The notes under the pieces were generated by a model, which saw only the letters and a list, made by a program, of their open reading frames with translations, was not told the DNA's origin and did no database searches. The position numbers and the translations under genes were made by a program. Positions 1 through 8,314 of a stretch of 64,000 nucleotides of DNA are shown one piece after another (the stretch's first letter is position 1; the number at the start of each line of letters is the position of its first letter). The DNA comes from Candidatus Gottesmanbacteria bacterium (GTDB lineage Bacteria; Patescibacteriota; Microgenomatia; UBA10105; UBA927). The stretch is taken from the NCBI GenBank assembly GCA_023245335.1, contig JAHFKK010000001.1:1000019-1064018 (forward strand). Direction: 5' to 3'.

Positions 1-353
1 AAGTTCGCCATTCTCACGCCTATTGTTGGTCCGAACCCAAACAGTCCGCTTCTTACCGTGCGCTGAGGATGATCGACATCTAACGTCACTTCTATTCTCG
101 GTTCTATCGTCCTTCTAAAACAGCGTACCTCTAATGTGTCGGCCGGATTCCAAAATGCCACGCGCAACTGAGGTAATCCCCTATTTTTCCCCGATACCGC
201 GTGTTCAAGATGCGCGGTTAATTGAAGATTGCCTAACGCGCGAGGGACGACCACACTATGTGCATCGCTGGTAGATTTGTCTTTATCAGCCGGCAATTCG
301 GCGGGGTAATAACGGTCATGTTCACCTTCCTTCTGTATCACCAGATGCAACAT
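1..353 (-). CDS. Hypothetical protein, 3' end runs off the window
   Basis: Manual translation from ATG at 353 (MLHLVIQKEGEHDRYY...) stays open to base 1; TATAGT box upstream. Confidence 0.55.
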   Translation of the reverse strand, partial: MLHLVIQKEGEHDRYYPAELPADKDKSTSDAHSVVVPRALGNLQLTAHLEHAVSGKNRGLPQLRVAFWNPADTLEVRCFRRTIEPRIEVTLDVDHPQRTVRSGLFGFGPTIGVRMAN

Positions 354-468
354 ATGGCGCCGTACTATATACCTGTCAATACATAAATGCAAGCCTTACA
401 GAACTGATTTGCGCGGACTGTACAACATGGTTTATACTTTCCGCCTATCCATATATAGCGTTTATGAT

Positions 469-714
469 ATGCACAAAAATATAGAGCAACGAAATGCTTT
501 AGAACGGCAGGCCGAACAGTTATTGCGAGGATGCAGAAGAATCGGCTGCGTGCATGCAGTCCTTCAGACCGGCGGTTGCGCTGCCGGAAATACTCATAGG
601 GACATTATCGTCGCGTTATCTGGACGGGAAGGATGTCGGGACGCTCAGATCTCGGAGGGCGGAACTACCGTGCGGGTCATATTTGACGGCGTCAAAGTGA
701 CCTATACTCAATAA
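469..714 (+). CDS. Small hypothetical protein (uncertain)
   Basis: ORF fills the gap between the edge ORF and glyA; no recognisable motif. Confidence 0.3.
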   Translation: MHKNIEQRNALERQAEQLLRGCRRIGCVHAVLQTGGCAAGNTHRDIIVALSGREGCRDAQISEGGTTVRVIFDGVKVTYTQ

Positions 715-2042
715 CGTTCGGGAACCGGAAATTTTGCGGTCAGTTCGGTCACTTCTTTCGCGATCCGCTGAATAGTTTTGTCGGCGGGTAACTCTTTTTT
801 CATTCTGATAATGAATGCTGCCCGCTCTTCTTTGTTCTCCGGCAAACGAATATCTTTTACAGACGAAATAATCTCCGTTATCCACCCGCCTATGAGCTTC
901 ATCTCTTTCTCTTTCATTCCTCTCGTCGTGATCGCGGGAGTTCCCAACCGAATACCGGAAGGATAGACGGATGTCCCGTTGTCAAAGGGAACCGTATTGC
1001 GGTTGACGACGATATTCGCGTACTCCAAGGCCCAGGCGACAACCCACGCTGAGGCGCCGGATGACCGGAGATCGATTAATACCAGGTGTTTATCCGTGCC
1101 CCCTGACACCACATCCAACCCTGCCTTCATAAACAGCCCGGCGAGTATCTGTGCATTTTTTACGACTTGCTTCGCGTACGCGGAAAATGCCGGAGTTTTT
1201 GCTTCTCCGAGAGCGACTGCTATTCCTGCGATCGTATGTTCGTGCGGCCCGCCCTGAATGCTCGGAAATACCGACTGATCTATAGCGGATGACAGCTCTT
1301 TTTTCGAGAATATCATGGCGCCCCTCGGACCGCGAAGCGTTTTGTGCGTCGTCATCATGACGACATCTGCATAGGGAAACGGCGACGTATTCACGCCACC
1401 CGCAATAAGCCCAGCTTCGTGGGATACGTCAGCGAGGTAATACGCGCCGACACTGTGGGCAATACCGGCCATCCGTTTGTGATCGATTTCCCTTGGATAC
1501 GCAGTGCCACCGGATATAAGTAATTTCGGCTTTACTTCTTTGGCCTGTTTCTGAATCTCGTCATAATCAAATACCCGTGTTCCTTTGTCGACGTGATAAA
1601 ACGTGACATCCCAAATTTTGGCGACAAGCGTCACTTTTTTCCCGGGAAGTTGCCACCCATGGGACAAATGCCCGCCGTCAGGCAAATACATAGATAATAT
1701 TCTTTCTCCCGGTTCCAATAGGGCCGCGATGACGGCAAGATTTGCAGGACTCCCGGAAAGCGCCTGGACATTGACGCCCCATTGGTCAGGATCAAGCTGA
1801 AAAAGCTCAAGCGCACGCTTTTTACAAAGGCTTTCCAGCTCATCCACGACACTATTTCCCTGATAATATCGCTTTTTCGCCTGCCCTTCGGCGTATTTGT
1901 TGATAAATACCGACCCTACTGCCTCCCGGACGGCCTGACTGGTATAGTTTTCCGAAGGAATCATCTCCAAAACTTCCTGCTGGCGCTTGGATTCAGCTGT
2001 GATAAGTACTGCTACTTGCCGGTCGGATGTATTTATTGCCAT
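708..2042 (-). CDS. glyA: Serine hydroxymethyltransferase
   Basis: Motifs IPSENY, NKYAEG..RYYQG, GGHLSHG, TTHKTLRGPRG (PLP lysine), SGIRLGTPAITTRG; ATG 2042 lies 8 nt after TATAAT. Confidence 0.97.
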   Translation of the reverse strand: MAINTSDRQVAVLITAESKRQQEVLEMIPSENYTSQAVREAVGSVFINKYAEGQAKKRYYQGNSVVDELESLCKKRALELFQLDPDQWGVNVQALSGSPANLAVIAALLEPGERILSMYLPDGGHLSHGWQLPGKKVTLVAKIWDVTFYHVDKGTRVFDYDEIQKQAKEVKPKLLISGGTAYPREIDHKRMAGIAHSVGAYYLADVSHEAGLIAGGVNTSPFPYADVVMMTTHKTLRGPRGAMIFSKKELSSAIDQSVFPSIQGGPHEHTIAGIAVALGEAKTPAFSAYAKQVVKNAQILAGLFMKAGLDVVSGGTDKHLVLIDLRSSGASAWVVAWALEYANIVVNRNTVPFDNGTSVYPSGIRLGTPAITTRGMKEKEMKLIGGWITEIISSVKDIRLPENKEERAAFIIRMKKELPADKTIQRIAKEVTELTAKFPVPERY

Positions 2043-2087
2043 GTATGACAATTATATATGAAAGACAGTATGGATTGTATATACGCC

Positions 2088-2879
2088 TTAAGAGGAGACT
2101 TGAGTCTTTTGTACCAACCGGACGACAGCGGGTTCTATGGCACCGCAGATAAACGGCCGTAGGACACGGTCCGGTACCAACGCCCAACTGTCAAACCGGA
2201 ATAATTCCGACTCATTACCTTCTATCGAATCCTGAACCGATACGACGAGCGGCCGGTCGGTATCATAAAAATGCCTGCCGCCGTTTGCCAAGGATATCCC
2301 GCCTGCGTCATTTTCTACCGACTTCCTGCCGCTTCCTTTGGCATAAGCTACGACCTCATCACGGGTATACGGACGCATGTGTGCGTGTACCCGGAGAATG
2401 ACCGTCTTCGGTTCGGAGACACCGTCTTTACCGCATCGGACCGCGGTAAGTGCGTTCACGATCTCCACATCCTTGTCTGACTGGGCCATGGCCTCCGCCG
2501 ACTGACTGGCCCATGTGTCCGGATCCTGGTGGGGCTTCTCGAGTATCGTGAGGCTGCCGTCATCCTCATGAACAAACTGTACCGAATCCGTATAGAGATA
2601 AATCCGGTCTTTGCCGTCCGGAATGACACGCGCGCCTGCCGTATACGCCTCTGCCGTTCCGCAGATCGCACTCACCCAAGCGGCATCTTCGCGGGCTTTC
2701 TCCTCAGCGATAAAGACCGGGCGGATCTCCGTATGCGGTGCCATCCGCTGGATGCGCGTCTCATCAAACCCCGGTTCTTTCCGATCTATATGCCAACCAG
2801 GCAAGGCCGCCTGAAATATGGCGTCTTTGTTGCTGCCGTTGCGGGTGACGATCGTGATATCCGGTCGTTCGATATTCAT
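2088..2879 (-). CDS. Divergent Maf-like nucleoside-triphosphate pyrophosphatase
   Basis: Maf-like order of motifs: FDET, IAEEKA, TDSV...ILEKP, AGG; the N-terminal SxSPRR motif is not conserved. Confidence 0.55.
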   Translation of the reverse strand: MNIERPDITIVTRNGSNKDAIFQAALPGWHIDRKEPGFDETRIQRMAPHTEIRPVFIAEEKAREDAAWVSAICGTAEAYTAGARVIPDGKDRIYLYTDSVQFVHEDDGSLTILEKPHQDPDTWASQSAEAMAQSDKDVEIVNALTAVRCGKDGVSEPKTVILRVHAHMRPYTRDEVVAYAKGSGRKSVENDAGGISLANGGRHFYDTDRPLVVSVQDSIEGNESELFRFDSWALVPDRVLRPFICGAIEPAVVRLVQKTQVSS

Positions 2880-2895
2880 AGGGTGTAAAAAACGC

Positions 2896-2916
2896 AAAAA
2901 GGCCCGCGAAGGGCCT
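2896..2916 (-). terminator. Intrinsic terminator-like hairpin just upstream of the Maf-like start
   Basis: AGGCCC-TTCGC-GGGCCT followed by a T-run on the minus strand. Confidence 0.6.
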
Positions 2917-3049
2917 CTTGAGAACGAATAGAACGAACTGACTGGTATATCCGGTTTTTCATTTGGTGAACCCCTTCTTCCCGATCTTTCGGGACTAGCT
3001 TATCCGCCAGCTGGCGGATGGGCTTCGTTTCTTGAGAAAAAACCTATGT

Positions 3050-3087
3050 AAAAAAATAAAACGCCCAAAGCTTTGAGCGCTTTTATT
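3050..3087 (-). terminator. Terminator-like hairpin after the histidine phosphatase gene
   Basis: AATAAAAGCGCTCAAAG/CTTTGGGCGTTTTATT followed by a T-run. Confidence 0.55.
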
Positions 3088-3088
3088 G

Positions 3089-3117
3089 TTTATATCAATT
3101 TCACCCGCAAAAGTCAA
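3089..3117 (-). promoter_or_regulatory. Sigma70-type promoter
   Basis: TTGACT-N17-TATAAA with an extended -10 TG. Confidence 0.6.
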
Positions 3118-3118
3118 A

Positions 3119-3709
3119 TTAGCCACTCTTCGTAATTGAGCTCACCTCACAGCTATTTTTCGTGTCGTCAAAGACGAACTTGTAGCCTCCGGCGAGCGGG
3201 ATCGCGACCGTGCGGCTGGTCGGAAAATCTATGGGCAGTCCCAGATATTTCATAGTCACAAACCGCATCGGATCGCCGTGCGTGACGACCAAGACTTCCT
3301 TTCCCAAGTACTCACGCCGCTTTTCCTCTATAAATCCCGCCATCCGCTCTGCCAATTCCCCCATGGATTCAGCTCCTCTGGAGAGATATTTGGGGGTGTA
3401 GGAAAGCTCTCCGTTGGTCGCGTCAAAAAGGTTCATAGACGCTCCCTCCGCGTGGGTCAGCACCTCGAGCAGACGGTCATCGAATTGTACCGGCAGATGG
3501 AGGGCCGAGCTCAAAATTTCCGCAGTCTCGCGCGTCCGCAAAAGCGGACTGCTGTAAATAGCTCCCACATGCTTATCCCGGAAGTACGGCGCGAGTAATT
3601 CTACCTGTTCCCGCCCGCGGGAAGACAGCGGGTAACCCGGAGACCTCCCCGGATACATATATCCCGGATTGTCGTACTCTCCGTGGCGGACAAGATAGAG
3701 CGTGGTCAT
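3119..3709 (-). CDS. Histidine phosphatase family protein (PGM/CobC-like)
   Basis: LYLVRHGE, SSPLLRTRETA, RLLE, VVTHG. Confidence 0.92.
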   Translation of the reverse strand: MTTLYLVRHGEYDNPGYMYPGRSPGYPLSSRGREQVELLAPYFRDKHVGAIYSSPLLRTRETAEILSSALHLPVQFDDRLLEVLTHAEGASMNLFDATNGELSYTPKYLSRGAESMGELAERMAGFIEEKRREYLGKEVLVVTHGDPMRFVTMKYLGLPIDFPTSRTVAIPLAGGYKFVFDDTKNSCEVSSITKSG

Positions 3710-4819
3710 TTAGATAATGATCTTTTTTTTACGAAGAACAGCAAGAATTTTTTCGTGAATGTCTTCTTTGGAAAGAATTTTTCCTTCCTCCGCACACTCT
3801 ATGAGCGCCCAGTTTTTACGCGTTTTGGCCAAAGATAGATACATTGCTTCAGATGCCTTTCTATGGGTGAGATCGCTTTCCAATATGTCGCTTCTGGCAC
3901 CCAAATATGCGCGGTCGCCTTTCTTTTTCGTGAGCTCCATCCCGATTTGCCACGGCACGTGGAGGTAGATAACGACATCTTCCCGGGGAATTTTGTGTAC
4001 TTTGTACTCCAGCTCGTCTATCCAATCCAAAAATTCAGTGCGTTTATCCTCCGGGAGGCGCGCGCCCTGGTGTGCCATATTACTCGTCGCATAGCGGTTA
4101 CTTATGATGACTCCCCCGTGCGCAAGCCACATATCCATCTCCTCTTTGGCGGACGCACGATCCAATGCATACGCGAGCGAAGCCAGGTACGGCGAGACGT
4201 TGTCCCCGAATTCACCGGCGAGGAACCGTCCGGCTATCTTGCCGTGAAACGAACTATAATATCGCGGGAAATCAAATCCCTTCACCGGAATTTGGTGATC
4301 TTTGAGATAGTGTGTCAGGAGTTCCGCCTGCGTCGTCTTGCCGGATCCGTCGCCGCCGTCTATGACAATAAGCATTCCCCGGCGCTTCCTCTCGACATCT
4401 ACCTGCTCCAAAAAGTGTTTGAGGATAATGGGCAGACCTTCTTCATCATAATGTTCCAAAAATAAATGATCAGAAGGATTACCGGTGATCATGGCGGAAA
4501 GTTCATTGACCGCATCTTTGTAAAACATCGCCAATACGGGTTTATGATGCGTGAGCGCGTACACGATTTCTCCGCCGACGCCGCTACTGGGCTTGGTCAC
4601 TTCGGCAACGACACAATCGGCTTCGTCTATAGCGGTTTTCTCGCGCTGGAAGATCTCTTCGGCAGACCGCGCGGCATCTTTTTCGAGTTCGTGGTGATCC
4701 AGAATCTGTTCACCGGAGGTCAATGTATGCCCCAGTGTCTTGAGGTTGTCGATAATTGCTTTTTCCTGTACGAGATAATCGCCGTTATTTGTCGTCGCCG
4801 CCGTAAAATATATTTTCAT
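3710..4819 (-). CDS. tmk: Fusion of a nucleoside 2-deoxyribosyltransferase/DNPH1-like N-glycosidase domain and thymidylate kinase
   Basis: N-terminal KIYF...IDEADCVVAEVTKPSSGVGGE; C-terminal IVIDGGDGSGKTTQ, FPRY, YALDR, SNRY. Confidence 0.85.
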   Translation of the reverse strand: MKIYFTAATTNNGDYLVQEKAIIDNLKTLGHTLTSGEQILDHHELEKDAARSAEEIFQREKTAIDEADCVVAEVTKPSSGVGGEIVYALTHHKPVLAMFYKDAVNELSAMITGNPSDHLFLEHYDEEGLPIILKHFLEQVDVERKRRGMLIVIDGGDGSGKTTQAELLTHYLKDHQIPVKGFDFPRYYSSFHGKIAGRFLAGEFGDNVSPYLASLAYALDRASAKEEMDMWLAHGGVIISNRYATSNMAHQGARLPEDKRTEFLDWIDELEYKVHKIPREDVVIYLHVPWQIGMELTKKKGDRAYLGARSDILESDLTHRKASEAMYLSLAKTRKNWALIECAEEGKILSKEDIHEKILAVLRKKKIII

Positions 4820-5487
4820 GTTCTCTTCATGTATCCTAGCATATCCGCGACTTCGTAGACGGTAGGCAATGTGACATCCGCGACTTTTCCCGTCGTTTCG
4901 CTCCAGACAAGGCAGGTACGCATACCGAGTATATGTGCCGGCACGAGATCTACCGGTTCCCTATCTCCGATCATCATATGAGCGCCCGCAGGAAGCCCGG
5001 TTTCCTTCATGATATATCGGAATCCCTTCTCGCTTGGTTTGGTCTCTCCGACGACCTCTGATGTCACGATCTTCTCAAAAGTCGAGGGGTCGAGCCCGAT
5101 AATCTTCAGCCCTTTCGCGACCGACTCCTGCGTTCCGTTGACCAGCATGAAATGCCGGTATCGGGAAAGAGCCCGAAACATACCGGCAAGTCTGGCATCG
5201 GGCTTCAAGTACTTCGCATAGTCAACAGCTGCTGCCGTCTCTATCGCTGAGGCTGTATTAGAAATTTTGGCGATGATGGATACGGTCTTGGTACCGCTCG
5301 GAGTGATCACTTTATAAACTTTATAAAATTCTTCACTCGCTTTCTTCTCGGACCAGCCGGTATGCTTCATGATTACCCGTATCTCACCCGCCCGGATTTC
5401 ATCCCATAACGCGAGTTTTTGGCGGTAGAGTGTCCCGTCAAAATCCCAAACGATGATCTGAACGTCCTGAAACAGTGTATGCGGCAT
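4816..5487 (-). CDS. HAD family hydrolase
   Basis: WDFDGTLY, KP, MIGDREPVD. Confidence 0.9.
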   Translation of the reverse strand: MPHTLFQDVQIIVWDFDGTLYRQKLALWDEIRAGEIRVIMKHTGWSEKKASEEFYKVYKVITPSGTKTVSIIAKISNTASAIETAAAVDYAKYLKPDARLAGMFRALSRYRHFMLVNGTQESVAKGLKIIGLDPSTFEKIVTSEVVGETKPSEKGFRYIMKETGLPAGAHMMIGDREPVDLVPAHILGMRTCLVWSETTGKVADVTLPTVYEVADMLGYMKRT

Positions 5488-5496
5488 AAATAGACG

Positions 5497-6132
5497 CTAC
5501 GATAAAGTGCGGAGTTTCATGCGAACCTCATGGACGAGTGTCACGCGTGCTTTGGCACTTTTTATAATATTAAGCTCATCCGTGACCACCTTCAATACGG
5601 GAATATCATTATCTTCGGCAAGCCATTTGTGATTGAGCATATCCAGAAGCTCCAAATATTTCATCGTGATGTGACGTTCATATCCTCGGCCGCGGGCGTC
5701 GATACGATGTGCAAGCTCGCGAATCGACGTCTCGAGGTAAATGATGAGATCCGGTTTGGGGAAATACGGTTCAAATGAACGATAAATTTTCTGGTACAAC
5801 CGCCACTCACTTTCGTCCATATTGCCTAGGACGTGCTGTGCCTTGGCATAGGAAAACGCATCCTCCTGGATCGGTGTATCCAGTACGACCGGCCGCACGA
5901 CAAGCATATTGCGCGTTTCCAAGATCTGCGAAATTTTTTCCATGAGAAAGAACGTCTGCGAATGAAATGCCCATCGTTTCATGTCCGTATAAAATCTCGG
6001 GAGAAACGCATTTTCCCCGAAATTTTCCTCGATGAGCCCGAATCGGAACTCTTTGGCGAGCAATCTCGAGACCGTGGTCTTCCCGCTTCCCATGGTTCCC
6101 ATGACGGTAAGATAGAATAATTTCTTCTTCAC
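5497..6132 (-). CDS. Deoxynucleoside kinase
   Basis: P-loop GTMGSGKTT, FY.DMKRWAF.SQ.FFL, PDLIIYL, RI..RGR.YE. Confidence 0.92.
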   Translation of the reverse strand: MKKKLFYLTVMGTMGSGKTTVSRLLAKEFRFGLIEENFGENAFLPRFYTDMKRWAFHSQTFFLMEKISQILETRNMLVVRPVVLDTPIQEDAFSYAKAQHVLGNMDESEWRLYQKIYRSFEPYFPKPDLIIYLETSIRELAHRIDARGRGYERHITMKYLELLDMLNHKWLAEDNDIPVLKVVTDELNIIKSAKARVTLVHEVRMKLRTLS

Positions 6133-6158
6133 TCAAACGTTGTATCATATAGAGAGAT

Positions 6159-7883
6159 ATGAGAGCAAGAAAGACGAGGAGCGCGTGGATCGAAATTATT
6201 TTAGGCAGTATTCTCCTTATCGCTACATTTTTACGTTTGTGGCAATTGGGATCTGTCCAACCCGGTTTGGCAAATGACGAGGCAGGCATTATCTATAGTG
6301 CATACTCCATCTGGAAAACAGGGCGCGAGCCGGCAGGCAAATTTTTACCCACTTCTATACAACTCGACAATTCATTTTCCCCCGTATACATCTATATAAC
6401 CGCGCCATTCGTAGGTCTCCTCGGCTTATCCCCGTGGGCAGGAAGGCTTCCATTCGCATTAACTGGAATCATGAGCGTGCTTCTTCTCTATTTCATTGTC
6501 AAAAAACTTAGCGACAACGATATCGTGGCATTAGGTGCTGCTGGCATCTTGGCACTTATCCCTTGGCATATATACGTTTCCCGCGCGGCGTTCGACGCTA
6601 ATTTTGCACTCGTCTTCTTTTTGGCAGGAATATATGCATTTCTTACATCTCAAAACAAACGGGTTAGGTCAATCCTCTGGTCACTCCTTTGGTTTTTTCT
6701 CGCGTTTTATAGTTATCACGCAACCAAACTATATTTCGTATTACTGCTTCCGACTCTCATCCTCATCTATTGGAAGTCACGAACTACCATACAGCGTATA
6801 GTCTTTATCCTCGGTACAATTCTCATCCTCTGCTCGTATGTGATTGTCCTCAAGACAAATGGACCGAATACACGAGCCGATGTTTTGATTTGGCAAAACA
6901 TGGACCAGTATAGTACCGAAGTTAATTGGCAACGCGAAAAATCTACCCTACCCGAAGGCCTTCGACCCGTATTCTCTAATAAAGTAACCGTAGCGGTACG
7001 CAAAGCAACCGAAACCTATCTAGAGGCGTTCTCAACAAACTATCTCTTTCTTTATGGAGAAACTGGTGCACTAACGAGTGTCTATGGCGGCATCATTAAC
7101 CAAGGACAATTATTTATTTTCATGCTACCATTTCTTATCTTTGGTGTCGTCGGTCTTTCAAAAACTTCAACGCGCACCAAACTACTTGTTACACTGCTTT
7201 TTTTATTCGCTCCAGTACCATCAGCCGCAGCATCGGACCGCACGCTTATTTTTCGAAGCTTCATGCTTTTAATCCCGCTTCCTATACTCGCGGGCTACGG
7301 CATTAACGAATGTATTATGTGGCTCAATACACAACGAAGCATCACAAAATGGATTGTTGTAGCGGGATACAGCATCTTTATTATAATCACACTTTGTTCA
7401 TATATTGCACATCTGTGGTACCGATATCCCGTCTATGGCGCAGAACGATGGTTTAAAAGCAGCACAGATCTCAGTATCTATGTACGAGATCATCATACAG
7501 ACTACTCTCGCGTAATCATTGTTCAATCCGGTTCCATGTTCCTATTTCAATTCGGTATATACGCTAAAATAGATCCAATCATAATACAGCGGGCTTGGAA
7601 CGCCAGACCACGAAGTGTCATAGACAATATCGTCTTTGCTGAATCTCCGTCATGCCCACGGATAACCCTCCCCACACGAGAAACCGCGTCATTGACAAAC
7701 CTGCTCCTCGTATGGCCGGATAATTGCGCAAATAGTTTGCTATCCACGCTGCCCCAAGTTTATACAATCAGGGAACGTGGCGAGCCTCTACGCTCCATAT
7801 GGCGAATGTATTCGCTACCAGCTAACACAACCTTCCAAACGAATTATCCGATGGATTTTTTCAGTCTTCCGACGAACCAATGA
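6159..7883 (+). CDS. GT39/ArnT-PMT family membrane glycosyltransferase
   Basis: LRLWQL..PG..NDE, many transmembrane segments, PWH..VSR, YSYH. Confidence 0.85.
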   Translation: MRARKTRSAWIEIILGSILLIATFLRLWQLGSVQPGLANDEAGIIYSAYSIWKTGREPAGKFLPTSIQLDNSFSPVYIYITAPFVGLLGLSPWAGRLPFALTGIMSVLLLYFIVKKLSDNDIVALGAAGILALIPWHIYVSRAAFDANFALVFFLAGIYAFLTSQNKRVRSILWSLLWFFLAFYSYHATKLYFVLLLPTLILIYWKSRTTIQRIVFILGTILILCSYVIVLKTNGPNTRADVLIWQNMDQYSTEVNWQREKSTLPEGLRPVFSNKVTVAVRKATETYLEAFSTNYLFLYGETGALTSVYGGIINQGQLFIFMLPFLIFGVVGLSKTSTRTKLLVTLLFLFAPVPSAAASDRTLIFRSFMLLIPLPILAGYGINECIMWLNTQRSITKWIVVAGYSIFIIITLCSYIAHLWYRYPVYGAERWFKSSTDLSIYVRDHHTDYSRVIIVQSGSMFLFQFGIYAKIDPIIIQRAWNARPRSVIDNIVFAESPSCPRITLPTRETASLTNLLLVWPDNCANSLLSTLPQVYTIRERGEPLRSIWRMYSLPANTTFQTNYPMDFFSLPTNQ

Positions 7884-7922
7884 CACTGGAATCAAAAATA
7901 GTCAGTTGCGTGACATGACGAT

Positions 7923-7951
7923 TTGACACCACATGACCTAATGTATAGCAT
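7923..7951 (+). promoter_or_regulatory. Sigma70 promoter for the glmS leader
   Basis: TTGACA-N17-TAGCAT. Confidence 0.65.
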
Positions 7952-7997
7952 ACGAGTTGCAAGGAGCACATTTACAGGGAGCGGAAACTGGAAATTT

Positions 7998-8155
7998 TTT
8001 AGCGTGTGGCCCCGGTCACGACACAATCGGACCGTGGGATACGAGGAAGGCGTAAGCGAAACTATCTGCGGGTACGCCTCGGTTGCACTCTCAACCGCAA
8101 TCCGGATGAAAAACCCAACCGTAAGGCTGGATATAGATCAACCGGTTATGAGTCC
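7998..8155 (+). ncRNA. glmS ribozyme (variant)
   Basis: AGCG at 8001, P1, ACGAGG, P2 AGGCGT/ACGCCT enclosing ...CGAAAC.ATCTGCGGG, P3 CGGTTG/CAACCG, P4 with GTAA tetraloop, P3 loop ACTC able to pair with GAGT; directly upstream of glmS. Confidence 0.85.
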
Positions 8156-8235
8156 GCCTCTCTAGATCATTCTTACAAATTTACAAACAAAGGGCAGCAC
8201 ATAGCTTGTTCTGTCTTTAACTACGTTTATTAGGT

Positions 8236-8304
8236 GTGTCACGTATCATGTATCAATGTGTCACGCTCACATTCCTGACACTTGAGACCTGACGCCCATG
8301 ACAC
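8236..8304. repeat. Degenerate heptamer tandem/inverted repeats
   Basis: GTGTCAC GTATCAT GTATCAA tGTGTCAC ... CCTGACA CTTGAGA CCTGACG cccaTGACAC. Confidence 0.5.
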
Positions 8305-8314
8305 TATATATCTT

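Noticed and set aside
7923..8233. Short ORFs upstream of glmS
   Set aside because: They coincide with the promoter and ribozyme
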